Assembly: GCA_012523975.1 (NCBI GenBank)
Contig: JAAYSF010000017.1
Coordinates: 7,302-71,301 of the forward strand
Source of the DNA: Veillonellaceae bacterium
Lineage (GTDB): Bacteria; Bacillota; Negativicutes; JAAYSF01
Length of the DNA: 64,000 nt
Reading direction: 5' to 3'
Made by a program: the position numbers and the translations under genes. Below the pieces are notes generated by a model. That model did no database searches. It was not told the DNA's origin and saw only the letters and a program-made list of their open reading frames with translations. Shown here piece after piece: positions 39,192 to 48,093 of the stretch (positions are counted from its first letter, which is position 1; the number at the start of each line of letters is the position of its first letter).

Positions 39192-39689
39192 TTACATTTG
39201 TTCAAAACGCATTAGAACAAAACATAAATCTGATAGTCTATTTAAGGTAATCACAATAGACTCATCAACTGGCTCAGCTTTTGCTAAACGGAGCACTTGG
39301 CGCTCTGCACGGCGTGTGATCGTCCGTGCCATATCAAGCGCAGCCCCTGCCGGGGTATCTCCGGGAATAAGAAATTCTTTCAAAGGCGGAAGCCTTTCTT
39401 CAAAAGAATCTATTATCTTCTCAAGTAGCTCCACCTGTACGTTTGTAATATAAGTAGCTTTGTCGCCCTTGCTGGCAAGTTGAGCCATAACCATCATTAA
39501 TAATTTTTGCGATTTAACAATTGTTTCGGAAACATCCTGTTTTTTACAAAATGCTCTGGCTAAACCTAGGGCCGAAGTTATTTCATCAACTGTTCCATAA
39601 GCCTCAACTCTTAAGCTGTCTTTATCTACGCGTTCGCCGGTTAACAGGCTAGTAATCCCCTTATCTCCCGTTTTCGTATAAACTTTCAT
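39192..39689 (-). CDS. PduO-type ATP:cob(I)alamin adenosyltransferase
   Basis: MKVYTKTGDKGITSL N-terminus and the PduO/MMAB family helical bundle. Confidence 0.8.
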   Translation of the reverse strand: MKVYTKTGDKGITSLLTGERVDKDSLRVEAYGTVDEITSALGLARAFCKKQDVSETIVKSQKLLMMVMAQLASKGDKATYITNVQVELLEKIIDSFEERLPPLKEFLIPGDTPAGAALDMARTITRRAERQVLRLAKAEPVDESIVITLNRLSDLCFVLMRFEQM

Positions 39690-39726
39690 TTTTCCACCTC
39701 AATAAAAACATTATCAGCATTAACTA

Positions 39727-40251
39727 TTACTTCTGCTGCTGCAAATAATCCTTAGCCAACTGATGATATTCTATTGCTGACTTACGAATTGCTTCAACTT
39801 CTTGGTTAGTTAGCGTTCGAACGACCTTACCTGGTACACCCATAACCATTGAATTAGGCGGTATTACTTTACGTTCAGGTACAACCGACCCAGCCGCAAT
39901 AATACAGTTATCACCAATCTGAGCATAACTCAAAATGACTGCTCCCATACCAACTAGGCAATTGTTACCAATAATACAGCCATGAACTATTGCGCCATGG
40001 CCGACAGTTACATAGTCCCCAATTTCACAGGGATAGTCGTGCATTACATGGACGGTTGAATTATCTTGAATATTTGTATACTTCCCAATAAGAATAGGAT
40101 GCGTATCACCGCGCAGCACTGTGTTGTACCAAATACCGGAGTTTTCCCCAATCGTAACCTCGCCGATCACTCTGGCACCTTCAGCAACAAAAACAGTCGG
40201 ATCAATTTTGGGTATTAAATCTTTATAAGGCATTATTTTTTTTGAAGACAC
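39727..40251 (-). CDS. Gamma-carbonic-anhydrase-like hexapeptide-repeat protein (YrdA/PaaY family)
   Basis: Left-handed beta-helix hexapeptide repeats with His ligands. Confidence 0.8.
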   Translation of the reverse strand: MSSKKIMPYKDLIPKIDPTVFVAEGARVIGEVTIGENSGIWYNTVLRGDTHPILIGKYTNIQDNSTVHVMHDYPCEIGDYVTVGHGAIVHGCIIGNNCLVGMGAVILSYAQIGDNCIIAAGSVVPERKVIPPNSMVMGVPGKVVRTLTNQEVEAIRKSAIEYHQLAKDYLQQQK

Positions 40252-41324
40252 TACGTTAACAACTCCCTGTATTGATTAAAATCAAGATCTTTTATGATAG
40301 CAATAATCAGGCGCACCGCCGCCTCATAATCATCACGGTGGATAATACTGTTGTGACTATGAATATAGCGTGTCGGAATGCTAAGAACCAAACTTGGTAC
40401 GCCCTGGTTGTGAACATGAATCTTACCGGCGTCAGTTCCGCCGCCCTCTGTAAATTCCAACTGATATGGGATATTATTCTTTTCTGCAACATCAATAACG
40501 AAGTTTCTCAATTTTGTATGAGGAATCATGCTGGCATCATAGATCGCAATAGCAACACCTTTACCCAGTTTACTCGACGCCAAATCTTCAGTTACACCTG
40601 GAGTGTCGCCCGCCACACAGGTGTCAACGGCAAAAGCAATATCCGGGTTTATAACGTTGCTGCTAGTCTGAGCACCACGCAACCCAACTTCTTCTTGGAC
40701 AGTACCGACACCATAAACTGTATTAGCATGCATTTCATTTTGCAATTTTTCCAACACTTCTGTAATAATTGCACAGCCAATACGATTATCCCAAGCCTTG
40801 GCCATCAGGAATTTTTCGTTGGCCATAACGGTGAATTCGCTGTAAGGCGCAATTGGATCGCCAGGTCGTACACCAAATCGCGATCTTGCCTCCTGTTCGT
40901 CGGCAGCACCAATATCAATGAACATTTCACGCTTCTTTACAACCTTTTTGCGTTCCTCTGGTGTTAGAATATGCGGCGGCTTACTGCCAACTATTCCTGG
41001 AATATTTCCTTTAGATGTCAATACCGTTACTCGCTGACCCAGCATTACCTGTTCCCACCAGCCACCTAGCGTAGTAAATCTTATAAATCCTTCTTTGGTT
41101 ATAGTTTTAACCATAAACCCAATCTCATCCATATGAGTGGCAAGCATTATCTTGGGTTCAGCGAGACTACCTTTTTTTGCAAAAATCACGCTGCCGATCT
41201 TATCGTAAGAAATCTCGGTTATATGGCTGAGCTTTTTCATCATTAAATCTTTTACTGGCTGCTCAAAACCCGATACACCTGGTACTGTAGATATTTCTTT
41301 TAACCAATTCAGCGTTTTATCCAT
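40251..41324 (-). CDS. M42 family aminopeptidase (FrvX/CelM-like)
   Basis: 357 aa M42 glutamyl aminopeptidase family. Confidence 0.85.
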   Translation of the reverse strand: MDKTLNWLKEISTVPGVSGFEQPVKDLMMKKLSHITEISYDKIGSVIFAKKGSLAEPKIMLATHMDEIGFMVKTITKEGFIRFTTLGGWWEQVMLGQRVTVLTSKGNIPGIVGSKPPHILTPEERKKVVKKREMFIDIGAADEQEARSRFGVRPGDPIAPYSEFTVMANEKFLMAKAWDNRIGCAIITEVLEKLQNEMHANTVYGVGTVQEEVGLRGAQTSSNVINPDIAFAVDTCVAGDTPGVTEDLASSKLGKGVAIAIYDASMIPHTKLRNFVIDVAEKNNIPYQLEFTEGGGTDAGKIHVHNQGVPSLVLSIPTRYIHSHNSIIHRDDYEAAVRLIIAIIKDLDFNQYRELLT

Positions 41325-41404
41325 AACATATCCTCCTCTAATTAAAAGCCGTGGCGGCTCTATCTACAGTATATTGTACGGTAATTGTTTTTTGTATTCA
41401 GTCG

Positions 41405-41839
41405 CTACTTTTCCAAACGGTTTTTGATTGCTTGGAGCATACTCATGCAGTTCTCGCGAACCTTCTTTTTTAAGATAGGGTTTAACAGGCCAGCTATCAT
41501 TGGTATACCAAATTCAAAATCTACCGTTAATTTGATTTCAGTACCGTTTTCAAGCGGCGTCAAAATCCACTCACCCTCAAATTTTTTAAGATCTCCTTCA
41601 ATTTGCCGATAGGTAATATGCATATTCTCATCATCAAAAGTATCAAGCTCAATCCATTTAATGACTCGACCGTCTACATTTGACACCCATCTAGTTTGAG
41701 TAGTGTTGGCATTGCGCTCAATTATCTCAACGCTTTCTAAGTCGTCCATAAACTCTGGGTATTTATCCATTTCCTTTAAAATTGGATATACTTCATCGGG
41801 TTTTGCTTTAATCGGTAATGTTACTTCAACGTATGGCAC
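41405..41839 (-). CDS. SRPBCC (polyketide cyclase/START-like) family protein
   Basis: 144 aa with the SRPBCC fold pattern. Confidence 0.65.
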   Translation of the reverse strand: MPYVEVTLPIKAKPDEVYPILKEMDKYPEFMDDLESVEIIERNANTTQTRWVSNVDGRVIKWIELDTFDDENMHITYRQIEGDLKKFEGEWILTPLENGTEIKLTVDFEFGIPMIAGLLNPILKKKVRENCMSMLQAIKNRLEK

Positions 41840-41853
41840 AGTTTTCCCCTCCC

Positions 41854-43107
41854 TTAAAAATCTTCAATCATTTCCTGAGCTTTTTCTACAGCATCAGCAA
41901 CTACTTTTAGAACAATATCAATTTGCTCACGGCCGATAATAAGCGGCGGTTCAATCCGGATTACTTTTGGGTTGTTAAGTGTATAAGCTACCAGCACCCC
42001 ATTGTTGACAAGTTCGCTCATCATAAGACCGCCTATACCTTCCTTGGTAAGTTCAATACCAATCATCAGACCCTTGCCGCGCACTTCTTTGATTACGTCG
42101 CCGAAAGACGCCTGGATCTTCTTGAGACCTTCAATAAAATATGCGCCTTCCACAGCCGCGCGCTCAGAAAGCTTATCTTCCTTAATAACTTCGATTGCAG
42201 CAATTGCTGCGGAACAAGCTAGAGGATTTCCGCCAAAGGTTGATGTATGGAGGAACGGGCTTGTTATATATTTTTCCCAGACACTAGCTTTGGCTGTAAA
42301 AGCCCCAATCGGCATAACTCCGCCCCCAAGGGCCTTGGCCATAGTAATGATATCAGGAACGACATTATAATGGTCGACAGCAAACATTTTACCGGTGCGC
42401 CCGAGTCCGGTCTGAACTTCATCACAGATTAACAGTGCACCATATTCGTCACATAACTGTCTGACGGCCGGCAAATAATTATCATATGGTACAATTATAC
42501 CGCCCTCACCTTGAATTGGTTCAATGATTACAGCTGCAGTGTCATGATCAATTTCCTGCTTCAAAGTCTGAATATCGTTGAAGGGTACATGACTGAACCC
42601 GGATAAGAGCGGTTGGAACGGTTCCCTAAACATGTCGCGCCCCGTTGCAGTAAGTGCTCCTAGCGTTTTACCATGGAATGAGTTAACAGTAGATATAACC
42701 TTAGAACGACCGGTATGAACGCGAGCCAGTTTTAAAGCACCCTCTACTGCTTCAGCGCCGCTATTAACAAAAAAGCTGAATCGCAAATCGCCTGGTGTAA
42801 TTCCTGCTAACACTTCCGCTAAATCGGCCATTGGCTTATCAAAAAGCACCTTGCTAGACAGCGGCATAGTATCAAGCTGACGTTTAACTGCCTCGACTAC
42901 CTTGGGGTTTCTATGCCCTAAACTAAACACACCGTAGCCGCCTAAACAGTCGATATATTCCTTGCCATCAATGTCACGGATAATTGTTCCCTCAGCTTCC
43001 CATTCAATTGTTGCCAATCCCATAAAACGGAATAAACGAGCAACTGCAGGATTTATGTATTTTTCATATTTTTCGATCGTCTCTGAGACTATTAAACCTT
43101 TATCCAA
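41854..43107 (-). CDS. Class III PLP aminotransferase, putrescine aminotransferase-like (YgjG/PatA family)
   Basis: Matches E. coli YgjG along its length (EYIDCLGGYGVFSLGHRNP, DEVQTGLGRTGKMFA). TTG start with a GGGGGTG RBS. Confidence 0.75.
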   Translation of the reverse strand: MDKGLIVSETIEKYEKYINPAVARLFRFMGLATIEWEAEGTIIRDIDGKEYIDCLGGYGVFSLGHRNPKVVEAVKRQLDTMPLSSKVLFDKPMADLAEVLAGITPGDLRFSFFVNSGAEAVEGALKLARVHTGRSKVISTVNSFHGKTLGALTATGRDMFREPFQPLLSGFSHVPFNDIQTLKQEIDHDTAAVIIEPIQGEGGIIVPYDNYLPAVRQLCDEYGALLICDEVQTGLGRTGKMFAVDHYNVVPDIITMAKALGGGVMPIGAFTAKASVWEKYITSPFLHTSTFGGNPLACSAAIAAIEVIKEDKLSERAAVEGAYFIEGLKKIQASFGDVIKEVRGKGLMIGIELTKEGIGGLMMSELVNNGVLVAYTLNNPKVIRIEPPLIIGREQIDIVLKVVADAVEKAQEMIEDF

Positions 43108-43282
43108 TTATTTGCACCCCCAGCTAAAAATAGCACATATTGGTATTTGTTTCTATTATAACAGATGAAATCCTTTTTTAGTCTACAGAAATTGAGATTT
43201 CAAACCTCCAAGAGACGGCGTGAAACGGCAAATTGTAAAGATTATGCTATAATTATATAAAACAATTATGCAGAGGTAATTT

Positions 43283-43513
43283 ATGAGCAAAATATTAACT
43301 GAACAACTGGAGGCCGGTTTCATCTTTGGTGACGCCAGTACCGAGGAATACGTTTATATGCCGGGTGGTGAGATTGGTGCATCTGATCCGTTATGCGTTA
43401 TTGAAAAAGGTAATTCTTGCAATGACATCAGCCTAGAGGAAGCAATTGATTTAATTTTGCGGCTGACATTAAGACCAGTCAGACACCCCCGTTTAGGCAC
43501 AAAATCCTGTTGA
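43283..43513 (+). CDS. Hypothetical 76-aa protein, no recognised family
   Basis: GAGGT RBS 6 nt upstream and an extended -10 TGcTATAAT about 25 nt upstream. Confidence 0.3.
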   Translation: MSKILTEQLEAGFIFGDASTEEYVYMPGGEIGASDPLCVIEKGNSCNDISLEEAIDLILRLTLRPVRHPRLGTKSC

Positions 43514-43720
43514 GCGCAGCTCCAACTTCAATCACCCCTCGGGTACATAACGTCTTTTTCCTTACCGAACACGTAAAGTTAGACTTTCGCTATCTTGGCA
43601 TATAACCCGTCCCCCTATTTCTTTATAGCACTTCATTTTAAAGGCAACTCCGGTGTTAGCAATTATAGTTTTTAGCCTTTAAACTTGTCATGGCATAGAA
43701 TATTGTGGGGGTGAATTTTA

Positions 43721-44056
43721 GTGGCCCATTCTATTGTTATTGACTTATCTGATCGAAAATTATATCTCTTTAAAAATGGAAGCTTACTAAAATCTTATCC
43801 TGTTGGTGTCGGAAAAATGTCTACCCCGACCCCGGCTGGAAACTACTATATTGCCAACAAACGACCCAACCCAGGCGGTCCGTTTGGAGTAATGTGGATG
43901 GGGCTAAGTCTACCTCACCATGGTATTCATGGTACTAATAACCCTGGCTCAATTGGCGGTTATGTGTCTAAAGGATGCATCCGAATGTATAACCGCGATA
44001 TTATGGAATTATCTAAAATGGTTACGGTCGGTACACCCGTAAAGATTGTTCATTAA
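43721..44056 (+). CDS. L,D-transpeptidase catalytic-domain protein (YkuD fold), no signal peptide
   Basis: Active-site context HGTNNPGSIGGYVSKGCIRM. GTG start with a GGGGGTGA RBS. Only 111 aa, with no export signal. Confidence 0.75.
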   Translation: MAHSIVIDLSDRKLYLFKNGSLLKSYPVGVGKMSTPTPAGNYYIANKRPNPGGPFGVMWMGLSLPHHGIHGTNNPGSIGGYVSKGCIRMYNRDIMELSKMVTVGTPVKIVH

Positions 44057-44167
44057 AAAGCAATTCCAGCTCTTTGAACTTAAATTTAAAACCGCACGCG
44101 AATAATTCATAAATAACAGCCAACCTTCTAATAATAACTGTAAATGACTTGTAATTAGGAGGTTATA

Positions 44168-44629
44168 ATGAAAACTATTCGTATTAAGTACCTTATATCT
44201 TACGCTGTTGTTATACTACTCTCTTGCAGCGTGCTCTTGGGGGGCTGTACAAATAATATGACGCCTGTAAACCCTGCGCCAAGCACTCCGGCACCTGGTA
44301 ACCCACCGTCGAAACAATTTAATGAAAATGAATTTAAGGTCATTTATAATTACGGTGATACCGGTCCGGTCCAGCTCTCAAATAATAATATTGTAATGAA
44401 GATTGGTCAACGACTTATACTTGAACCTGCTCCAGGTCTTACTAAAACTACCCGCTTCTCATCTTCCGGTGCAGACTTTATCGGCAATATTATGAAAAAA
44501 GAGGAAGAGAAAGACACTGGCCGAGTCGTATTTACAGCTACTAGCCCAGGCAAAGGTAAAGTTCAGATTATCCCTAACACTACTGATACCGATAGAGCTG
44601 TTGACCTTTGGGTAACAGTTGTCCAATAA
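44168..44629 (+). CDS. Lipoprotein of unknown function (beta-rich, possibly Ig-like or inhibitor-like)
   Basis: Signal peptide with lipobox LLGGC, and a Pro/Ala-rich linker. Confidence 0.55.
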   Translation: MKTIRIKYLISYAVVILLSCSVLLGGCTNNMTPVNPAPSTPAPGNPPSKQFNENEFKVIYNYGDTGPVQLSNNNIVMKIGQRLILEPAPGLTKTTRFSSSGADFIGNIMKKEEEKDTGRVVFTATSPGKGKVQIIPNTTDTDRAVDLWVTVVQ

Positions 44630-44644
44630 CTTTATACAAGACGC

Positions 44645-44667
44645 AAGGCCGGAAAATATCCGGCCTT
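44645..44667. terminator. Bidirectional terminator (AAGGCCGG-aaaatat-CCGGCCTT) between the convergent lipoprotein and znuA-like genes
   Basis: Read from the sequence. Confidence 0.6.
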
Positions 44668-44678
44668 TATCATTTAAA

Positions 44679-45593
44679 TCAATTATTTAGCGCTTTCTCT
44701 AAATTAACGAGATTCTCCCGCATTATTATTATATAGTTTTTGCCTTCCTTAAACTCCTGCTCTGTCAGGTTTTCAAGGGGATTTAAGACCAACAAGCCAG
44801 CCCCTGTTTCATTTGCAATTGTTTCAGCTAATTTTTGACCTAGGAGTGTCTCAAAAAAAATGTATTTAACTTGGTTTTCCCTACAAAACTTTACAACTTG
44901 GGCCATTCTTTCAGGAGTTGGCTCTGAGTCTGGTGATAAGCCCATAATCCCAGTCTGTTTTAGATTATATCGGTTTGCCAAATAACCGAAAGCAGCGTGG
45001 CTTGTTATGATATCTCGGCGCTTAACATTGGCAAGCACAGTTTTATAGTCGTTATCAAGTTGGTCGAGTTCTTTTGCGAAACGGTCAGCATTTCGCTCAT
45101 AATATTCTTTGTTAGCAGGATCAACTTCACAAAGTGCTTTAGTAATGACCTTTAATTCATGCTTAGCAAGAATCGGATCCAGCCAAGTATGTACATCGTT
45201 TTGATGCTGATGTTCATCTTTTTCTGCAGTATGACTAATTAAACCCTTACTAACCTCAACTGACTTAACTCCGCCTAACACTTCTTTAGCCAATAGTTTA
45301 TCGACTGCTTCCAACCCAGCCCCATGATATACAAACAATTTAGAAGACTTAATTCTGATTAAATCTTGAGCCGATGGCTCCCAGTCATGGGGTTCTACGC
45401 CCGGTGAAATAAGCATATCGACTTGCACCTTATCACCGCCAACCTGACGGGTGAACTCGTAAAGAGGATAAATAGTTGTAACAATATTAATTCTATCATT
45501 TGGAGATTGTATAGGCGTACTTTGGTTACTGCAACCAGCTAACCCTAAACTTATCAAAAGCAGCGAAATAATTCCAAACTGTAGAATTTTCAT
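44679..45593 (-). CDS. znuA: Zinc ABC-transporter substrate-binding lipoprotein (ZnuA/TroA family)
   Basis: Lipobox LAGC, cluster-9 SBP fold, and a His-rich loop EKDEHQHQNDVH. Confidence 0.8.
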   Translation of the reverse strand: MKILQFGIISLLLISLGLAGCSNQSTPIQSPNDRINIVTTIYPLYEFTRQVGGDKVQVDMLISPGVEPHDWEPSAQDLIRIKSSKLFVYHGAGLEAVDKLLAKEVLGGVKSVEVSKGLISHTAEKDEHQHQNDVHTWLDPILAKHELKVITKALCEVDPANKEYYERNADRFAKELDQLDNDYKTVLANVKRRDIITSHAAFGYLANRYNLKQTGIMGLSPDSEPTPERMAQVVKFCRENQVKYIFFETLLGQKLAETIANETGAGLLVLNPLENLTEQEFKEGKNYIIIMRENLVNLEKALNN

Positions 45594-45619
45594 TTATTAT
45601 ACCTCCTAAAACAGTTGAA

Positions 45620-46051
45620 TTACATTGCAGCGCGACATTTACGGCAGTATCCGTAAAATTCAAAAGCATGCGAAGTTATTTTAAAGCCGCTTTTCTCAGC
45701 TTGCACCAAGTCTTCATTCTTGATTGGACAAAAGTCTAAGCATTCAGCCTTGCCGCAGGTTAAACAAACTAAATGATGATGATGATCATGTTTCTCCCCA
45801 CTAACAATTTCGAACAGATTGCCCTCACGCCCCCTAGTTTTTATTTCATATACTATATCAAGTTTTACTAGCAAGCTTAGATTTCGATAAATAGTATCTA
45901 GACTCATATCAGGAAGGCTTGTTTTTACATAGGCTAGCACTTTATGCGCTGTAGTAAATTGACCGCTTTTAATAAGTGCCTCAATAACTGCTCTGCGTTG
46001 CGGCGTTATCTTATAGCCATTACGGCGTAAAATGGTAATAACCCTTTCCAT
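45620..46051 (-). CDS. zur: Fur-family metalloregulator, probably Zur
   Basis: Fur fold with HHHH and two CxxC pairs, immediately upstream of znuA. Confidence 0.8.
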   Translation of the reverse strand: MERVITILRRNGYKITPQRRAVIEALIKSGQFTTAHKVLAYVKTSLPDMSLDTIYRNLSLLVKLDIVYEIKTRGREGNLFEIVSGEKHDHHHHLVCLTCGKAECLDFCPIKNEDLVQAEKSGFKITSHAFEFYGYCRKCRAAM

Positions 46052-46143
46052 TAAGGAACCCTCCTAAATAATATTATTACTATTTACGATTTTACTGTAT
46101 TTATACTAAAACTTTCAAGACTAAATAAAAACCTCTAATAAAA

Positions 46144-46165
46144 TAGCCCTGCTTTCGCAGGGCTA
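46144..46165 (-). terminator. Rho-independent terminator after the 46190..46691 gene (TAGCCCTG-cgaaag-CAGGGCTA plus TTTTATT on the minus strand)
   Basis: Read from the sequence. Confidence 0.55.
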
Positions 46166-46189
46166 CTTTATACAAATCTTATTTAAACA

Positions 46190-46691
46190 TCATAATTCAA
46201 CCGGTTCGTAGCGAATTTCCCATGTCAGTGTACCTTTACGGCTAGAATCTTTAAAAATCCGCCTTTCATGCATGCTGTATCCTAATATTGAAATGTCAAC
46301 AGCCCTTTGGTTAGATAAAATTCTTTTATCTGTTGTACCTGGATAAATCTTTTCAATCTGTCCATTCTCCCATACAATCTTAATCATTGATTTTTCGGCA
46401 TTATTACCAGTTGCCTGAAAGTTAGTAATAACAATGTTTTGGGCAAAACGACCTGCAATAGCCTGCTTAAACTCTGCTTTTCCTTCGAAAGCAACGTCAG
46501 TTCCACGAAGAATCAGAAGAGGCGGGAGAGGTTTAATAATTACAGTATCGGATGGAATAGTTGGATTTAATGAATTAGAGGGAGACCGAGTTGAAATTTT
46601 CCCTGTTTCAGAAAAAAGTAAAAAGCCACTTACCAGTAGTATTAGCATTGTAAGTGCACCAATCATAAAGTGTTTCCACTGTTTTGACATA
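46190..46691 (-). CDS. Membrane-anchored hypothetical protein
   Basis: N-terminal TM helix, then a roughly 130-aa extracytoplasmic domain of unknown family. The start ATG is at 46689-46691 after AGGAGGTGA. Confidence 0.5.
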
Positions 46692-46923
46692 TACGGTCTC
46701 ACCTCCTCTTATGTTTTATCTTATTATTGACGAAATTCAATATTATTCACCCTGTCTAATTGTATTTTATAATTTGTTTGGATATGGCAATCTATTAATA
46801 TAAATTTCGCGGCGTTCTAGCAATATCCCTTTTGCCATAAGTTGGCGGACTCTGAGCTAGTCAGATACATTAGAGCGTAAACCTAAATTAATTATTACCC
46901 TGGAAATAATTGTAATTAAAATA

Positions 46924-46959
46924 AAAGACGACCTATAGTGTTTTCTCTATTACGTCTTT
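46924..46959 (-). terminator. Hairpin (AAAGACG...CGTCTTT) plus T-rich tail overlapping the stop of the EamA-like gene
   Basis: Read from the sequence; the loop is large, so this is weak. Confidence 0.3.
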
Positions 46960-47380
46960 AATTTTTATTTATCAGAAATAATCCAATTAAACAAAATACT
47001 ACCCCAAATAATTTATTAAATCCAAACCCTTCTTTATAAAAAATAATCCCAACTGGAATTAACATAATTGCTAATAAAATATTCGCCACTAAAGACCCTA
47101 CGCTTATATTCCATCCTGAGCGATATGCCATCAAATATCCAAACTCAAGACCGACAATTGAAACGCCTAAAGCCAAGCTTGTCCAATTCAGCTCTTTTAC
47201 AGACTGCAAAAGTGTTTTATCAGCAGAATTCACCAAAAAAGCAATAGCAGTCAACATTGCAGCTGTAAAGTAGGTAACAAGCAGTGCAGTAAATGGATTT
47301 ACACTCTCCGGAGTTGATTTTTGGCAAACATTGTATAGAATATTTGATAAAACTATAAGAATAATAGAAAACACATACAT
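46958..47380 (-). CDS. Small DMT-superfamily (single EamA-like domain) membrane protein
   Basis: 140 aa, four predicted TM helices, EamA-like pattern. Confidence 0.55.
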   Translation of the reverse strand: MYVFSIILIVLSNILYNVCQKSTPESVNPFTALLVTYFTAAMLTAIAFLVNSADKTLLQSVKELNWTSLALGVSIVGLEFGYLMAYRSGWNISVGSLVANILLAIMLIPVGIIFYKEGFGFNKLFGVVFCLIGLFLINKN

Positions 47381-47548
47381 AAGAATCCTCCTTGGGGATA
47401 TTTCAAGCTAGCCGCTTATCCTTACAATTCAGTATTAATTATAACAATTGTGAATAATATCTCAGCTGCATTAATCTAAATGATTCTTTTTTTAAGTGAA
47501 TTAAATCTAATTATAATTCCTACACTATTTACTAAAGGGGGTCGTATC

Positions 47549-47665
47549 ATGCCGTTTTACCGTGGTTTTATAAATAACAAAGAAACAGGAGAGTATGTGG
47601 CTGGGTCTACCTTGGTTCTCTGTAGGAACCAATACCACTCGTTCTTCAGGCATGCCAATACTTGA
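47549..47665 (+). CDS. Unannotated 38-aa ORF (MPFYRGFINNKETGEYVAGSTLVLCRNQYHSFFRHANT)
   Basis: Strong RBS AAAGGGGG 8 nt upstream of the ATG. Below the 60-aa cutoff of the ORF track. Confidence 0.25.
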   Translation: MPFYRGFINNKETGEYVAGSTLVLCRNQYHSFFRHANT

Positions 47666-47724
47666 CCAGAAGTTGCATATTGAAAAATTTAATAAACTAA
47701 TGTAGATCTTTGGGAGGTGATACA

Positions 47725-47850
47725 ATGTCAAAAAATAATTCAAATGATTCATTAGAGCAAAAAAAAATTAAGAAACAAAACCGGAATCTCAAAAGACAAG
47801 ATATAAGCGGCGATAAACACCTTACTGGCCCTAATCATCCATCGACATAA
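47725..47850 (+). CDS. Unannotated 41-aa basic, hydrophilic ORF (MSKNNSNDSLEQKKIKKQNRNLKRQDISGDKHLTGPNHPST), possibly a minor-SASP-like spore protein
   Basis: RBS GGGAGGTGA 5 nt upstream, with its own terminator immediately downstream. Confidence 0.35.
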   Translation: MSKNNSNDSLEQKKIKKQNRNLKRQDISGDKHLTGPNHPST

Positions 47851-47851
47851 G

Positions 47852-47875
47852 AGCAGCGCAAGCTGCTTTTTAAAT
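47852..47875 (+). terminator. Rho-independent terminator (AGCAGC-gcaa-GCTGCT plus TTTTTAAATTT)
   Basis: Read from the sequence. Confidence 0.55.
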
Positions 47876-47897
47876 TTATTTATGTGCGATTAACACT

Positions 47898-47935
47898 GTA
47901 AAAATATAAAAGAGTCCGCGTTTCAGCGAACTCTT
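47898..47935 (-). terminator. Terminator after tRNA-Pro(GGG) on the minus strand
   Basis: Hairpin AAGAGTTCGC-tgaaa-GCGGACTCTT followed by TTTTATATTTTT. Confidence 0.45.
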
Positions 47936-47955
47936 GATCTACAATAATATACAAC

Positions 47956-48032
47956 TGGTCGGAGCGACACGACTTGAACGTGCGGCCTCTACCACCCCAA
48001 GGTAGCGCTCTACCAAGCTGAGCTACGCCCCG
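47956..48032 (-). tRNA. tRNA-Pro (anticodon GGG)
   Basis: Reverse complement folds as acceptor CGGGGCG/CGCTCCG, D-arm GCTC..GAGC, anticodon stem CTACC/GGTAG with loop TTGGGGT, a T-arm, and an encoded CCA. Confidence 0.85.
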
Positions 48033-48093
48033 ACATCTGCCAAACAGCAATGCTGACTGACAAAAAATATTTTACCTTAAATTTGCTAATATG

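Noticed and set aside
40272-40967. 231-aa plus-strand ORF antisense to the M42 peptidase gene
   Set aside because: It sits within a confidently identified minus-strand CDS and has no homology or RBS.
43690-43720. Sigma-K-like promoter (AC ... CATAGAATA) upstream of the L,D-transpeptidase gene
   Set aside because: The -10 match is plausible but the -35 AC spacing is off and a second CAT confuses the register. It is mentioned only as a hypothesis inside a finding.
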